Shown piece by piece: positions 39,786-52,575 of a stretch of 64,000 nucleotides of DNA. The position numbers were made by a program, and so were the translations under genes. Under the pieces are notes generated by a model. That model saw nothing but the letters and a program-made list of their open reading frames with translations. It had not been told where the DNA came from and ran no database searches. The first letter of the stretch is position 1. Each line of letters starts with the position of its first letter. Source of the stretch: Lytechinus pictus. Lineage: Eukaryota. The stretch is from NCBI RefSeq assembly GCF_037042905.1, contig NC_087245.1:11720001-11784000 (forward strand), written 5' to 3'.

Positions 39786-42700
39786 TTATGCATCTTCGTC
39801 ATCTGAGCTGTCTATTTCTGCTTGATGGAATTGGTCATGTCGTTCTTCCTTCGTAACAGAGCGTCTGTTAACCTTATTAGTTGTAGTAGGAAGTTGTGTC
39901 GGCTGGCTGCTGTCCAAAGAGTCACAGGGGAAGAGAAGATGATGTTGGCAGTAGCCTTCCGGCCATGATGATGCTTTGCTTTCTCTGATGACTTCTGGGC
40001 GTTCTTCCTGGCAATAGTATAAGCCTCGTTTAGTCTGTCTTTCCATTTCCGCACATACTCTCCGAGGTCACGAGGCGGAATGGACTGAGTAGGGGTCAAA
40101 CCGAAGACCAAGTCAATCGGCAGTCGAGGAGAGTGCCTAAAGAGAAGGTAGTGTGGAGAAAACCCAGTAGTCTCATGCCTGGTGTTGTTATAGGCATGGA
40201 TTACTTTGTTCAGATGCTGTCTCCAATCTTGCTTCTGTTCTTCAGTGAGAGTTCTCAGCATAGACAGCAGGGTGCGATTGAAGCGTTCCACTTGTCCATT
40301 TCCCTGGGGATGGTACGGAGTAGTTCTCGAGTGCCCAACACATGTCAGTTCCCTCAGCCTGGCGAAGAGATTGTTTTCGAATTCCCGGCCTTGATCATGG
40401 TGGAGACGCCTCGATCGGATAGCCAAACTTCAGTACAAAATCATTGAAGATTTTGTCAGCAGCAGTTCGCCCAGACTTGTTTGAAGTTGGATATGCTTGA
40501 GCAAATCTCGTGAAATGATCCATGACGACGAGAATATATTCGAACCCTCCTTTACTTTTCTCAAGATGAAGGAAGTCAATGCTGACAAGTTCAAATGGTT
40601 CAGTGGTGACGATTGGAACGAGTGGAGCCTTGGGTTGTCTGGTTGGTACTTTCTGCTTGACACAGCTACACCTGCTAGCGATATGGTTGCTAATGTAGCT
40701 CTCCATGTGGGGCCAGTAGAAACGATCCCTAGCGAGATGGGAGTGTCCTGTCTGTGGCCAGATGTCCCATCTTCCCGTGGAGTTCACCACAAATTAGGGA
40801 CCACCACTTTTCAGGTACAACTAGTTGTGTCTTGGTTTTAGTGTGCCGTCGGAGAATCCCGTCGTCTCCCATCCTCAGATTTCTCCATTCATGCATCATT
40901 GTGGTGGTGTTCTTGGATTCACCATTTCTCTCCTGAGTCTTAGGCCATCTATCTTTCTTTTTGTAAGATAGAATTCTAGAGATAGCAGGATCTTCCGCTT
41001 GGGCTCTTCTGATTTCGGCTGGACTGAAGATAGCCGGTTGCATCTCTGCATCTATCCCTGTAATTCCGACATCAAGAGGTAGAGACTGGGCAAAGGAGAA
41101 ATATGGATGCTCTGTTAATTTGAACCCCCTGAATGGCTGCTCCCATGACATCCGGCGAGATCTCTTCCGAGAAGGTCTGGTTAGCATCTTCAGGGTCATT
41201 TGGCATCCTGGAGAGAGCGTCCGCATCTCCATTCTGCTTGCCAGGTCTATAGCGAATGGTGAAGTTAAAGTCTGCCAACTCACCTACCCATCTGTGCCCT
41301 ATCGCATTCAACTTGGCTGTTGAAAGGATGTACGTGAGTGGGTTGTTGTCGGTGTAGACCACAAAGTTCTTGGCATAGAGGAGGTAGCTCCTGAAATGAT
41401 CTGTTATGGCCCATTTCAGAGCAAGAAATTCCAACTTCCCAGAATGGAGATGATAGTTCCTCTCTGCTGGGGTCAAGGTACGGGATCCATATGCTATTAC
41501 CCGCAACATTCCTTCTCTCTTCTGATAAAGCACGGCACCAAGACCTTCCTGTGAAGCATCTGTGTGAATTATGAATTCCTGGTCGAAATCTGGGTAGGTC
41601 ATGACAGGTGGGTTGATAAGTTCCTCAATCATAGAGTCGATAACAGCTTGATGTTTCTGAGTCCATATAATTCTGGTACTGGATGGAGCTTGGCCATGTT
41701 GCTGCTTCTTTCCCGCCTTCTTAGACTTTGCTCTAGGGTTCGGGGTACTTGGTGGGTTATGTGATTTTAGAAGCTCGTATAGTGGCCTCGCCCGTTTGGC
41801 ATAGTCCTGGAGATACATTCGGTAGTAGCCTGTGAGACCGAGAAGTTTCCTCAGATCACCTACCGTCTCTGGCCTCTTATATCTGATGGTTGTGAGGGCC
41901 TGTGTCTCCTTGGGATCCGCTCGATATCCATCTGCTGAGATAATTCTTCCCAGGAACTTGACTTCGCTCTGGAAGAGGCTACATTTTGATGGTTTCAGCT
42001 TCACCCCATGCTCACTTAGGCGTCGCAGAACAGTTCTGAGATGGGTGAGATGTTCTTCAAAGCTCTGGCTATACACAATTATATCGTCAAGATATACCTC
42101 ACAGATGTTGTGATTCAAGCCATCAAGAATTCCATGCATCTCTGGTAGGTTGCTGGTGCATTCCGTAACCCAAATGGAATCCGTTTCCATTCATGAAGTC
42201 CCCATGGAGTTACGAATGCTGTCATTGGTTGACTCTCTTCTGCCATGTAGCCTTGGTGATATGCCTTACCCTGGTCCAGTGTAGTAAACCAGCGATTTCC
42301 TCCGAGACTGTCGAGGATATCCTGCATACGAGGATCGGTTGTCTATCAGGAATCGTCTTCCGGTTCAGCTCACGATAGTCAATGTAGAGACGTAATCCTC
42401 CATCTTTCTTTCTCACGCAGACTACCGGAGAGGCATATGGGGACTCTGACTTTGTGATCCACCCTCTATCCAGAAGATCCTGCAGGTACAGTTTTACTTC
42501 CTGATACAATGGGCGTGGTATCGACTGGTAAGTACGCTGCACTGGAGTATCGTCGCTTAGTCTCAGAGTCATCTGCAATTCAGGAATTGAACATATATCT
42601 TTGTCGCCCTTGGAGAAACTCGCCTCTTCCTGTCTGAGTAACTCCTGTACTGATGATCTCTGCTCCTCAGGCAAATGGGGGAGTTGAAATGTCTGGTCAT

Positions 42701-43330
42701 TTTTTGAAGAGTCGGCAGACTCTGCAGACAATGAACTAGAGTTGATGAACATCTCATCATGTGCAGGTGGAGGGTAGCCAGGCAAAACAGACCGGACATA
42801 TGGAGTACCTGGCCTAGTATAGTGCGGCTTGGAATGACAAGTGGTCGGTCGGAATGATTTGAAATAGGAATGTGGATCCGGCAGGAGTTCCCTCGAGAAA
42901 GTCGCAGTAGATACGGCTCGATCTCCAGTCCCTCGGGCCACTCGCCATCACAGTTGGGCTCAAATAAGACTTGGGTGTCTTCAGTGTTAGGCCTGGCTCG
43001 TACTCTGGTGGCTAGGTTGATTGTTGAGTTGGCTGGAACTTTCGCAACTGATCTTCCAGTACGCACACAGCAGATCTCTTCAGTCTCCCTTGCTTTGCCG
43101 ATGACGTTCAACAACTTTAGGGCCTTGTCTTGGGATAGATTTGGGATTGTTGCTTGTAGAGTACTGAGTGGGATTTGATCACCATTGAAGTTGTTAATTA
43201 CCTCTCCAATGACGTTGGAGCCGATGATGGGTTCCCGGAGGTCATCTGTCGCAACAAGGAATGGCACCGATAACGTTGGGCTCCGAGAGGACAACTGCAA
43301 ATCAATTGGAATCCATCCAATGCAAAGCCC
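39786..43330 (-). pseudogene. Gypsy pol pseudogene (partial protease, RT, RNase H, integrase)
   Basis: PIIGSN (protease C-half); SPYASPVVCVRKKDGGLRLYIDYRELN, PFGLRNAPATYQR, YLDD (RT); TDASQEGLGAVL, YTDNNPL, NGDADALSR (RNase H); HGKMGH...[26 protein letters not shown] (integrase). Broken by several frameshifts. Confidence 0.95.
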
Positions 43331-44060
43331 TTCATCATCTCGAACTCCGGGTGCTGGCTCTTATTTTTTTGTTTTGCAGGTTGTTCTGCGTTGTCCTCAG
43401 TGATGACATTCACCCGTGCTGCGGGTCGGATCCCAGCTTTCAGTTGCCGCTTTGATTCCAGGGCAACTGCAGTGTGCAATTTTTCCAGGAGTTCCTCATC
43501 ACTGGTTGTGACAGACAAAGATGATTTAAGATCTTGTCTGATCTGGTCATTGCACAGCCCAGTAATGATCGTGTGGATGAACATATTCTGCACAAGGCTG
43601 ACGTCATATTTCAGCCCAGTGGTTGTGTCCTCGGAGGCCCGGATTATCCGCTGACGCAGATCCAGAGCCCGCATCACGTAGCTCTGCGCTGATTCAGTCT
43701 TCCCCTGGGTTGCCTGCGAAAGCTCTTGATATAATTCAGTTGCATCCTGCTCCTGATAATGCGATTTCAAGAATACCTTGAGAGTCCCGAGATTGAGGTT
43801 GGAGCAGCTTTCCAAATACGATCGAAGCCTTAATTAGGCTGGGGTGAATGGCCTTTAAAACACTCTCCACCACCTCAGCTTCTGAATATCCTTTCAAAAG
43901 GGCTGCATCTATCTGGTGGTTGAGGCTAGATAGAGTTATAGCCTGTCCTTGTGACTTGAATCACCCACTTGGCCGCAGATTCGCAGCTCCTTTCTGATCA
44001 TCTGCATGGGTTGAACCGGAACTGGAATTGAAGGCTTCTCTTCCGGCCACCACATCTTTT
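43330..44060 (-). pseudogene. Gypsy gag remnant
   Basis: FLKSHYQEQDATELYQELSQATQGKTESAQSYVMR, a capsid-like segment upstream of pol; frameshifted. Confidence 0.75.
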
Positions 44061-47000
44061 ACAACAGGCATGTGCTGGTCTGGTACCTCTTCTTGCTTTT
44101 TGCCCAACTCAAAGTGTCATTAAATTCAGCACATTTTGTCGATGAATTTTGTCTGTATTTATTGATATGCACACCGATACTTTTGCTTTTCTCTGACTAT
44201 TGACAAAACACTTAGGGACCGTGCTTCTGCAGTGATATGCTCTCTAGAAATATGATTTTATATTATTATTATTATCATTATTATTACCATGACCATATGA
44301 TAATAATAATTATTATTTTTTTTTTTTAATTTTTATCATTATTTTTATTTGGCATGCAGATAAGATCTTCTCTCTACCTCTCTATTCTTTCTTTATTTTT
44401 TATAAAGGAAAGTCTACCCCAAAATAACTTTTTTTTTCAACAGGACAAGAACAATCAGATTGACAGAACTAAAAAGTTTGAGGGAAATCGGAAACCTAAT
44501 AAGAATGTTATGAATTTCTAATGAAATGAATATCACCAGGCAATTGCCACTGACTTGCTGACATCATAAAGGTGCACGACTTACCATTTATTTTATCTAC
44601 TATAGTTCATTACTACAAAATTTATTATTTTTGATTTCCTCAAAACCTTTTCCAGGATATCTAGATGATAGATTATATGTTTTTCATGTTTCCATTATTA
44701 CAGACTTTATAGTTCTATGTAACAACCTTGAAAATATGAATTTATTATTCAATATTTATAATAATTGAGTGATTAAAGGTATATAAATATAGTCAAATTG
44801 AAGTTCAATATTTAGAATTCATTGGATATTTTAAGGAGGCCTAACAATGAAATGTAAACTTGATTCGAGTTCTGAAAAAAAATCATGCGATTAGTCAAAT
44901 AATGATTTTGTGCAGTATAAATACATTTGTAAACAAAATAAATGGTTAGTGGTGCATCCATGACTTCATAAAATCGGCAATTTGTCGTGATTTCCCAAAT
45001 TTTTCATATGATAAAAATGTCATAACTTTCTTTTAGTTGTCCAATTTTCCTCAATCGTTTTTTGTTTTATTCATCTGATATTTTCTGCTTGGGTAGACTC
45101 TTTTTTTATTCTCCCCTCTTGCTTAAGGCCCATTTCTTTAAATTGTTTTCTTCACAATATGATTTTTTTCCAAATCAATCTCCTTGTATCTCATCTCACC
45201 CTTTCTCTCTATTCCTATTCGCACCAGCGGCGTAACAGGGGTCGGTGGGCAGGGGGGGCAAGAGCCAAAATTTTCCCGGTCATATCATGGAACAGGCAAT
45301 GGCGTCTTAAGGCAAAAATTTTGAGGGGGCGATATGGCGTATCGGGCAAATATATATATATATAAGCGAGCGAGCGAGCAAAATTTTTTTGACATTTTTA
45401 TTGCAAAAATCAAATTTTGTGATAGATTTTGACATAATGTTAAAAAGATGATATCTTATTCACCCTCCTCTCTTTCCTTTTTTCTCTGTTTTTGTACGCC
45501 ACGGTGAGCAGGATTTTTGTTATGATTGTGAGCATCAGGGCGAAGCTCTATATGCTCGAGGGGGCTGAGTATGGCGCTTCTGGCAAGAAGTAGCTTAATA
45601 TAGGTCCCGAGCGAGCGAAGCGAGCGAGATAAAAAAATCACCTTTTCATGAGAATCTAACATGAAGATAGATTTTAACGTGATATTCAGAAAAATATAAT
45701 ACACTTTCCTTTCTTTCCTCATTTTTTTTTTGTTGTTGTAGAACTTTTGGGGGCCATGGTCCAAACTCATCCATATAACAGTGCTTTATGGGTGGGGTCC
45801 AGGGCAGAGCCCCGGAACCTCTTGATATCAAAGCCATTTTAAACCTTACAGATGGCCACTTATTTTAATCAAATTGCGTGTATATTTATATAGATTTAAC
45901 ACAACACATAAATTCAATGCAGTTGTGTATCGTAATCATCCAAATATTGTGAGGGGCACACCATAGCAAATGTGGGAAAATTTGTAAAAAGTCACCAGCG
46001 AGCGAAGCGAGCCAGAAAAAAAAGCCCTGTTAAAATGAAATTCTAATTATGTGATAGATTTTTACATCATTTTAGCAAATATCATGTCATATATTTTTTT
46101 TTCATTCATCTCATTTCGCTGCCTCCTTTATTTTCTTTTATTTCCCCTTGGCTGTGGAACCACCCCCGGTACGCCAGTGCTTCAACGTAAAGCTTAATGC
46201 AGGAAGGGTCCATATAGGGGCCCGTTATAGAACCCATTAAAGGTTACAGATGAAGAGCCCCCACTGCACGGGGTCTTGACTCTTATTTGGAGATTTAGCA
46301 AGTTTATGATAGACTTTCATACGACATTATGCTATATACCATCCATTTTTCTTCCCGCTCGTTATCTCAATCCTCGGCAGCCCGGTAGTGTACGTTATCT
46401 TGTCCCTGTTCTTTATTTTCCAATTTAGATTTTGGCTAATTCCATTTTGCCTTTATTTCCCGCTTTTGTTTGCCTTTTTGTCATCTTTAATTTATTTCCC
46501 TGTCTTACTAATCATGCTAATGTATTTGTATATCGGGGCGAACTGTTCTTTCTCACTTTTCCCGTTATCTTTCCGTTTTCCTTTTTTTTTAATGTTTTGT
46601 CTTGGTTTTCTTTTCCCTTTTCCTTTCCCCTTTCCCTTTTTTTCTTTCCTTTCCCTTTCCCTTTCCCCCTTTTTTTCTTCTTTTACCCGTTTTTTTTTAT
46701 TTTCCCGGTGAGCTCCGTCAGGGGGGGCAGCTTGCCCCCCTGCCCCCCCCGCCTGTTACCCCACTGATTCGCACTCCCCACCCCCTTCCCCTCTCCTTTC
46801 GGGCTCTTTTCATCACAGCTACTACTGAACTTTGTCCAACAGGTGCACTACCATTGCTGCAAATGTATACTACTCTGTGATTTTGAAAAGTATTTCAGGT
46901 TGGGAAAACCTCAGAACAAGTCAATACTAGAAAGCCTATATACTGTAGGAAAAATACTATAAAATGCCATCACACTTTCTCTCAGCACTTATTGGCTAAA

Positions 47001-47384
47001 CATCAATTCGTCACTAGACAACATTTTTTACATATTCATTTTCAATACAAAATCACATATCAGCTCTGTTACAAACTCAAATGGTTTCAGTTTTAGAACT
47101 CTTTTCCGTAATATCAACAATAACCCTAAGAAAATAATGTGGTAACGGGATGACTTCAGGTGGTTTTGGATATATTCATTCAACTTCATCTCAAGCAGCT
47201 TTGCTTGAGCGCACAGATTAGACTTGCCCGCGAGCCGTTTCTTTCGTATTTCTGAGAATTTTGGCGGAGCAGTGGTGTAAATAAAAACTACGTTGGCGGC
47301 GTGGAGGGGGCGCCATTTTCCAAAAGTTCACAGTGGCGCCAAAATTAGGCGGACCCTCTAGGTCACACGGGCCTAACTACAACT

Positions 47385-47995
47385 GGCAGGCCATAGATAT
47401 TCATTCGAGCCAACTCATTGCTCAATTTTGAAATTTGATATAGTGCTGATTGACAAAAATGAATGAATATGATTGACAATCTAACACTGATTCTAGGGAG
47501 GGTACCTACTGAACTTCCTTTTTCCAAATTGGAAAGATATATCACTACTTTGGAACTATTTTTTTACTGGCGGAAGAATTAGGGCCATTTTACTCTCTCA
47601 AGTGATGAATTTGTATGTGTGTGTGTATTTGAGTTTTGTCAGACGTGTATCAATCAGATATGATTATTTACGTCTGGGACCGACCTTTAACGTCACCATC
47701 CGAAAGACGTGACCAGGGCTCGAACCTTTGCATCAATTTGTCACTTCCCCACATATATAGCTTGGATTACAGGCGCACTCCACAACGCCCAGTTTGATCC
47801 TGTCAGGTGTAGTCTTCATAAATGCCGATTTATTTTTAAAATGAGCCAGTCGAGGTACCCTTTTTCTGGTCAGATATGGAATGTCAGACATATATCCTAT
47901 CCACTGGTAGTAAACATTCAACCCTCGAATTTCCTCCTTATTTTTTATGATTTTTTATAAGTGCCACTTCAACACACGAGTCTATGGGAAATTAA
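47385..47995. repeat. Interspersed repeat, copy 1 (host of the 7SL-like SINE)
   Basis: Collinear with 52160-52575 apart from the 47614-47793 insertion. Confidence 0.8.
47614..47793 (-). mobile_element. Short SINE with a 7SL-like head, B box, Deu-like body and (CA)n tail
   Basis: Minus strand: actgggcgttgtggagtgcgcctgtaatccaagcta...ggttcgagccc...gtctttcggatggtgacgttaaaggtcggtccc...tacacacacacata. The empty site gatgaatttg|atc is present at 52370-52382. Confidence 0.75.
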
Positions 47996-47999
47996 TTAG

Positions 48000-48620
48000 G
48001 CCTGTGATACATCTAGGTTGTAGTAACTCAACAGTAGAGGGCGTTCTATCATAAGACATCCGAGGATTCCGAGGTCGACGCTTCCCTCTGTGGGTTCTTC
48101 GTCTTCGAAGTTCGAGCAATGCCAAGGTTATTGATGACTATCCATAATTGCCTTGTAGGTTGTGTCAATGATGAGCGAACATCAAGTTTCAATAAATCAT
48201 CTACACTGTATTTTAAGCACACTCCGTTATCAAGTATTACACTTTGGGATATATTGGAGTTTGGCGGGTGGCTAGGGAGACACTGTTTTCTGACACATTT
48301 TGGCCAGGATTCGGATCGATGTCACCTGCTTGTAGCAATGTAGATCTAAAACTTGAGACTGAATTAGGGTAGTATATAGTTAACTCTAACTCCAACATAC
48401 TTGGCTTTGACATCTTTGCTTTTGACATCATGCGGACTCCATGTTGAGTTAAGATATATTCACAGTAGTAGAACCAACCCACATACCAAAGATAAGAAAG
48501 ATTGGAGCACACCCCTCCATTGTCAGGTTTGATGCCTCAGCTCAGATAATCACTTTAAATCACTTTAATCCGGTGAATAAGCCTTTAGAAGCAGTATATA
48601 GAAGAAGTGCACCACATATA
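48000..48620 (-). mobile_element. 5' fragment of a CR1/L2-group LINE with a 2A-like motif
   Basis: LLQAGDIDPNPG, then in shifted frames KYSVDDLLKL...LGI and RRRRTHRGKR, resembling LINE ORF2 N-termini. No endonuclease or RT retained. Confidence 0.55.
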
Positions 48621-48874
48621 CTACAGTAGGGCTATATACTACATGCATGGCTGTCTACTTGTAGAACATATGACAGTTCAAGAGATATATACTGCAGAAA
48701 TCCCACTTGAAATGCACAAGAATAACTCCAAATTAGTCCTGATGAGTCAGTGGTTTATATTCCAGGACATGATAGACCATTATATCACCGGCAACAGTAA
48801 CAACAATAAAAAGAAGAAATTGGAGAGAGCTCTTTAGGGCCACCCAGTAGCGCACACACTCGAGAAAAAAAAGG

Positions 48875-49010
48875 ATTATGATAATAATAGTAATAATATT
48901 TTTTAATAATAATAACAATGATGATGATAATAATAATAATTATAATAATAATTATGATAATGATAATAATTATAATAAAAATAATAATAATTCCGTAAAT
49001 AAAAATTATT
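48875..49010. repeat. (TAA)n/(TGA)n microsatellite
   Basis: Direct reading of the sequence. Confidence 0.9.
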
Positions 49011-49019
49011 AGAAACCAT

Positions 49020-51719
49020 CAGGGGCGGATCCAGCCTTCGCCAATAGAGGGGGCGGAATTTTTTTTCAGCCTTATTTTCCCCGATCGGCCGCTCGAACAT
49101 GATTTTTGTTTGTTTCTTTGAGGGGTAGTCCTAATAGTTACTTCTTATCTTTATTCTTATATATCAACATAAATATGAAATATCATAATCCTTATTTATA
49201 TAATGCGAGCGCGAAGCGCGAGCCATTTTGTTGTTGTTGAAACTTTATGTATTTTTCCTAAAATTTGAACATTCTATAGGCAATGTTTGATACCCTGAAA
49301 AAGATGTGTATGCAACTAAATAACTACTACGAACGCGAAGCGCGAGCAGAAATTTTTGATACACGTTTTGAACTGATCGAAAAGGTAGGCCTGTTAAGGA
49401 CTGCTTGCACTTAGCCATGGAGACGTAAATATTTCAACAATCAAATAATACGAGCGCGAAGCGCGAGCCAGAAAATGTTGACATTTCTACATAAAGAATG
49501 AAAAATTGTAATCAATATTTGTAATCGTGCAGGATATCTATATAACTAAACAATTGATGCGAGCGCGAAGCGTGAGCGGAAAATTTCGAGATTTAAAATT
49601 AAAAACGGAACACTCTATTCATGAAAAGGATGAGTAAAAGGGGATCTTCCTACATTAATAATGCGAGCACGATTAAAGCGCGAGCAGATGCGCGCGCGTG
49701 TTTTAGATTTAATCCTATAGAATCTATAGGCATTCTAAATCAGTGGCGTACCGTGGGTCACGGCATTGGGGGGCACCAGCAAAAATTTTGAGCCACTTAG
49801 TGAGCGCGCGAATCGAACTCAGTTGCAAGGTATACTGACCTAATAGAGACATTTTAAAGACAGTATCATTAAACGGATATGTATCTCAGTGATCAAATAA
49901 TGCGAGCGCGAAGCGCGAGCTGAAAATTTTGGATATTCAGACCTAAAAAGAGACATTCTAATCAAATTTTTGTAATCATGATACGTACCTGTCTCACTAA
50001 GCAATGCGAGCGCGAAGCGCGAGCTGAAATTTTTGTATATTTTTACCTCAAAACAGGGAGATTTTAAGGACTAGGAATCCATTAAGAGTATACATATCTC
50101 ACCATAGCCATCTAATGCGAGTGCCAAGCTCTTGCTGATTTTGTTAGAATTGTTATCTAAACGCATTAAGCACTTAAGTTGTAGTAATTGTAATCATCAT
50201 TATATACGCATCTCATTAATGAAATATTGCGAGCGCGAGGTGAAAATTTAGGAAATTCAATCCTGAAGAGGGGCATTCTAAGGACTGATTCTAGGAATTC
50301 ATGGAGAGCAGACATATCTCACCAATCCACTAATGCGAACGTAGGCACGGACAGGAAATGTTTTATATTAAGACCTTAAAATGGGGCAATCACTTTAAGT
50401 CGTCATGAAAAAGAAGCATACTATTGTACTTAAAACAATAATAACTCGAAGTGCGAGGAAATATATTTGGTGTATATTGACTTGAAAACGGGAGATTTTA
50501 GTACAACAGAATTACATATCTCATTAAACAGACAATGCGAGCACCAGGAGCAATGAAGACATAGGCCCTGAGTGAATTATGTTTCATAAAGTTATGAAAA
50601 AAATATTTCTTATGTAATATAACATAACATAAATATAATTTAATATAACATCGTATTGAACAATAATTTTTTCTTTCCCATTACATTTCTCTTCCTTTCT
50701 CCTTTTTTCCTCCCCCCTTTATTTTGGTCAGCCGATTGGGGGGGGGGGACACGTGCCCCCCCCCCCCATGCCCCCCGTAGCTACGCCACTGTTCTAAATA
50801 CATCTTTTATCATGAAAATCAAAGCACGAGCTTAAAATATTTGATATTTCGATCTAAAAAAGGGTCACGTTCAGCTCTATATTTCAAGCATTTTGTAGGA
50901 AAATTGTGAGGGGGATATGGATCGCACTTAATAAAGAGCTGATATGTTTCATTAGTATTACTTTGAGTTTTGAAATATATGGACCGGGACATAGTTAGGA
51001 CATGCATCATGGCAATGATGACTATATTCCTCTTGCTAATTAAGCGCGAGATGAAATAAAAGGGACAATTCAATTATTAAATTAATATCTTATTTATCAA
51101 TGCATAATGAGGGCGCGGAATTAATGCGAGTGCAAATCGCAAGCCGAAATTTTTGATAAACTGTCATGAAAAGGGGATTTTAAGTAGTTTGTTGTGTAAT
51201 CAATATCGGCACATACATAACTCGCCAATCAAAATGCGAGCGTGCAGCGCTAGCTGATATGTTTTGACAATCAGGCCTGAAAAGGGATATTTTGACAACT
51301 TTATGAAATACACGAAAATAATAAGTACCTGATAAATCAAAATTTGCGAGCGCGCAGTGCAAGCAGAAAATGTTAATATTAAGACCATAAAACTGACAAT
51401 TTTACAGAGCACTTTATAAAAATCAATTTGTAAATCACACAAAATAATGAAAGTTCGATTTCCGAGCTGAAATATGTTTTAGTATATTGACTTCCAAACT
51501 TGATATTTAACATCCATAGTTGAACAAGTTATGTAAATCACCTAACAGGCAATGCGAGCGCGAAGCGCGAGCGAATAGTGACATGAAAGATTCATTTTAT
51601 TTTCCAAGTCTTCCCCTCATTTTAATATTTTTTAATTCAATCGTCTTCCTCCTCTTCTCTTTCCTCCTCTCTTTTCCTTTTTTTTTTGCTCCGCCTCGGC
51701 CCCCCTGGATTTGCCTATG
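49020..51719. mobile_element. hAT-like non-autonomous element containing a nested relative
   Basis: caggggcggatccag...ctggatttgcctatg termini; flanks gaaaccat/aaccat form an imperfect TSD. Confidence 0.75.
49741..50791. mobile_element. hAT-type non-autonomous element
   Basis: TIR cagtggcgta/tacgccactg; exact 8-bp TSD ttctaaat at 49733-49740 and 50792-50799. Confidence 0.88.
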
Positions 51720-52159
51720 AACCATGAGTGTGGGGGTGAACCGATATGAGACCCTACCCGAAGGAGCGTTTCATCAATATTTTTCTCCAACAAGTTGTCA
51801 GATTTGACATCTTTCCTTGATTCTGATTGGCTGAGAAACACTATTGATATGGTAACTGTCGGATAAAATGGGATTTGTCGAACTGCTGTGCAAACCCTTA
51901 AGGCCCGGGTCTGAATGTGCAGCCTACTCATACCTTGTGTACTGAAGGTCCTCTCGCTCCTGAATTGAAACAGCAAATTTTGTATGTGCTAGTCTTTGCG
52001 TGGAGACACACTTGCTGATCAACGTTTCAATCGGGGTCTGCATGTGCCTGCAGACCACTGAACTGGTATTTCCAGTTCAGTGCTGCAGACAAGTCCTTTC
52101 ATGTCACGCTTCAGCGTGCAAGAAGGGATAGGTTGCATGAGCCTAATTACAACAGGAAG

Positions 52160-52575
52160 GCATAAGATATTCATTCGACCCGACCCATTCAATTTTTTTA
52201 ATTTGATATAGCTGATTGACAAAAGTGCATGATTATGATTGAAAATCTAACACTGATTCTTGGGATGGTAACTACTGAACTTCCTTCGCCCAAATTGGGA
52301 AGATAGATAAGTGAATTGGAATTATTTTTTTACTGGCGGAAGAATTAGGGCTATTTTACTGTTTCATTTGATGAATTTGATCGATTCATAGTTATCTTCA
52401 TAAATGGCGATTTATTTTTAAAATGAGCTGGCTACGGCACCCTTTCCTGGTCAGATATGGAATTTCGGATATATATCCTATCCAATGGTAGTAATCATTC
52501 CACCTTCTAATTTCACATTCATTTTTTATGAATTTGTCAAAAGTGTCATTTTAACACACAAGTCTATGGGGAATG
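52160..52575. repeat. Interspersed repeat, copy 2 (uninterrupted)
   Basis: Direct repeat of 47385-47995 without the SINE. Confidence 0.8.

Larger units (their letters stand above)
37165..44110 (-). mobile_element. Ty3/Gypsy LTR retrotransposon, decayed, lacking the 5' LTR
   Basis: Domain order gag-PR-RT-RH-IN on the minus strand, followed by PPT and LTR. The 5' boundary is approximate. Confidence 0.95.

Noticed and set aside
39257..43654. Plus-strand ORFs overlapping the Gypsy element
   Set aside because: Antisense shadows of gag-pol with no recognisable motifs.
47750..47793. Possible functional 7SL gene or human Alu contamination
   Set aside because: Similarity covers only ~36 nt, with no S domain, dimer structure or poly(A) tail, and it is integrated in a native repeat that has an empty paralogous site.
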